From Takakia lepidozioides (lineage: Eukaryota; Plantae; Bryophyta), in assembly GCA_030704615.1 (NCBI GenBank), contig CM060732.1:49538001-49602000 (forward strand): DNA of 64,000 nucleotides. The letters are read 5' to 3'. Each line of letters starts with the position of its first letter. The first letter of the stretch is position 1. The notes below the pieces were generated by a model. The model was given only the letters and a program-made list of their open reading frames with translations, did no database searches and was not told the origin of the DNA. Both the position numbers and the translations under genes were made by a program. Shown here in pieces: positions 63,240-64,000 of the stretch.

Positions 63240-64000
63240 GCATGAACTCTACACACCTCTCCACAGAGGTACCATACAAGGGGACACACTTAGCCCATAT
63301 CTTTTTATTGTCTTTCTAGAACCCCTACTTCGCTGGCTCGCTCGAGGTAACATAGGATACCAATACATTACGTCTCCCAATAACATCCCAGCAGCTGCCT
63401 ATGCAAATGATCTTGTACTGCTATCCAACAAATCCAGTCATCTCAATCGACAAGTGAAAAAACTAGAAAGATTCAATAAATGGGCAGCAATGGAACTAAG
63501 TTTACATAAATGTGCTATCACAGCGATCAGCCATCATACCAAACACAACACACAAGCCCTCTCAAGAATACTAAATAACACGGTGCTATATAATACCCAA
63601 CCCTTCCCATATTCGGACCAAGACGACCCATACACATATTTGTGTATACAATTGACACCATCTCTTAAGTGGAGTGCTCAAAAAGACATAACCCAGAAAA
63701 AACTCCTCTCACAAGCATCTGCTTTATTGAACTCGCCAGCCACAATGCGTCAGAAATTATTTATTCTCGACACAGTACTCAGAACTTCTATAGAATATCC
63801 TTTTCATGCAGCACCATTCTCTATCCCGGACATAAACGCACTGGATAGAATCATTATACGCTTATCGAAACAAATATGTGGACTCCCAAATAGCACCCCC
63901 AATGCACTAGTGTAGTTACCCAGGAGCCTCTATGGTATCGGTACTACAATTTAGCTGAGGCCTACGCTAAAACGTTGGGAACGCAGCTGCAGGAAGCTCT
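63240..64000 (+). pseudogene. Non-LTR RT subdomains 4-9 (0-3 deleted), degenerate
   Basis: RGTIQGDTLSPYLF..LEPLLRWL, AAYANDL (YADD mutated), KCA, YTYLC, LP..LYGIG. Confidence 0.9.

Larger units (their letters stand above)
49470..64000 (+). mobile_element. Large degenerate non-LTR retrotransposon (APE + RT, Dualen/RandI-like), boundaries uncertain, runs off the window
   Basis: Continuous A/C-rich plus strand with co-oriented long ORF remnants, a 2A-like motif, APE and RT motifs. Treating it as one element is an inference. Confidence 0.65.

Overview
Eukaryotic land-plant genomic DNA with GT-AG introns and plastid-type genes; a non-seed plant is plausible but not proven. (1) 1-6.25 kb is the 3' part of a decayed Ty3/Gypsy LTR retrotransposon. 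Its polyprotein carries a complete, uninterrupted DNMT3-like cytosine-C5 methyltransferase between protease and RT, and a PHD finger at the integrase C-terminus, so it holds a chromatin 'writer' and 'reader' in one mobile element. This is the top finding. (2) 7.9-21.1 kb holds an 11-exon amidohydrolase_2 gene, an intron-retaining ORC2 pseudogene fragment, an unannotated multi-exon gene whose spliced C-terminus resembles a leukocidin/hemolysin beta-pore-forming domain, and a single-CRM-domain RNA-binding protein. (3) 22.5-41.3 kb holds an intronless CYP77/CYP89-like P450 and two intact, co-oriented 10-exon lipoxygenases that differ at specificity residues, plus nested hAT-type TIR elements. (4) 42-49 kb is repeat and TE debris. 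(5) 49.4-64 kb is a degenerate, unusually large non-LTR retroelement: an unknown ORF1, about 10 kb of A/C-rich internally repeated coding-like sequence including an 833-codon ORF, a 2A-like GDIHQNPGP motif, an AP endonuclease and a Dualen/RandI-like RT. RT subdomains missing from the main frame occur inverted 7 kb upstream. All gene models were spliced by hand and all family calls rest on recalled motifs; no searches were run.
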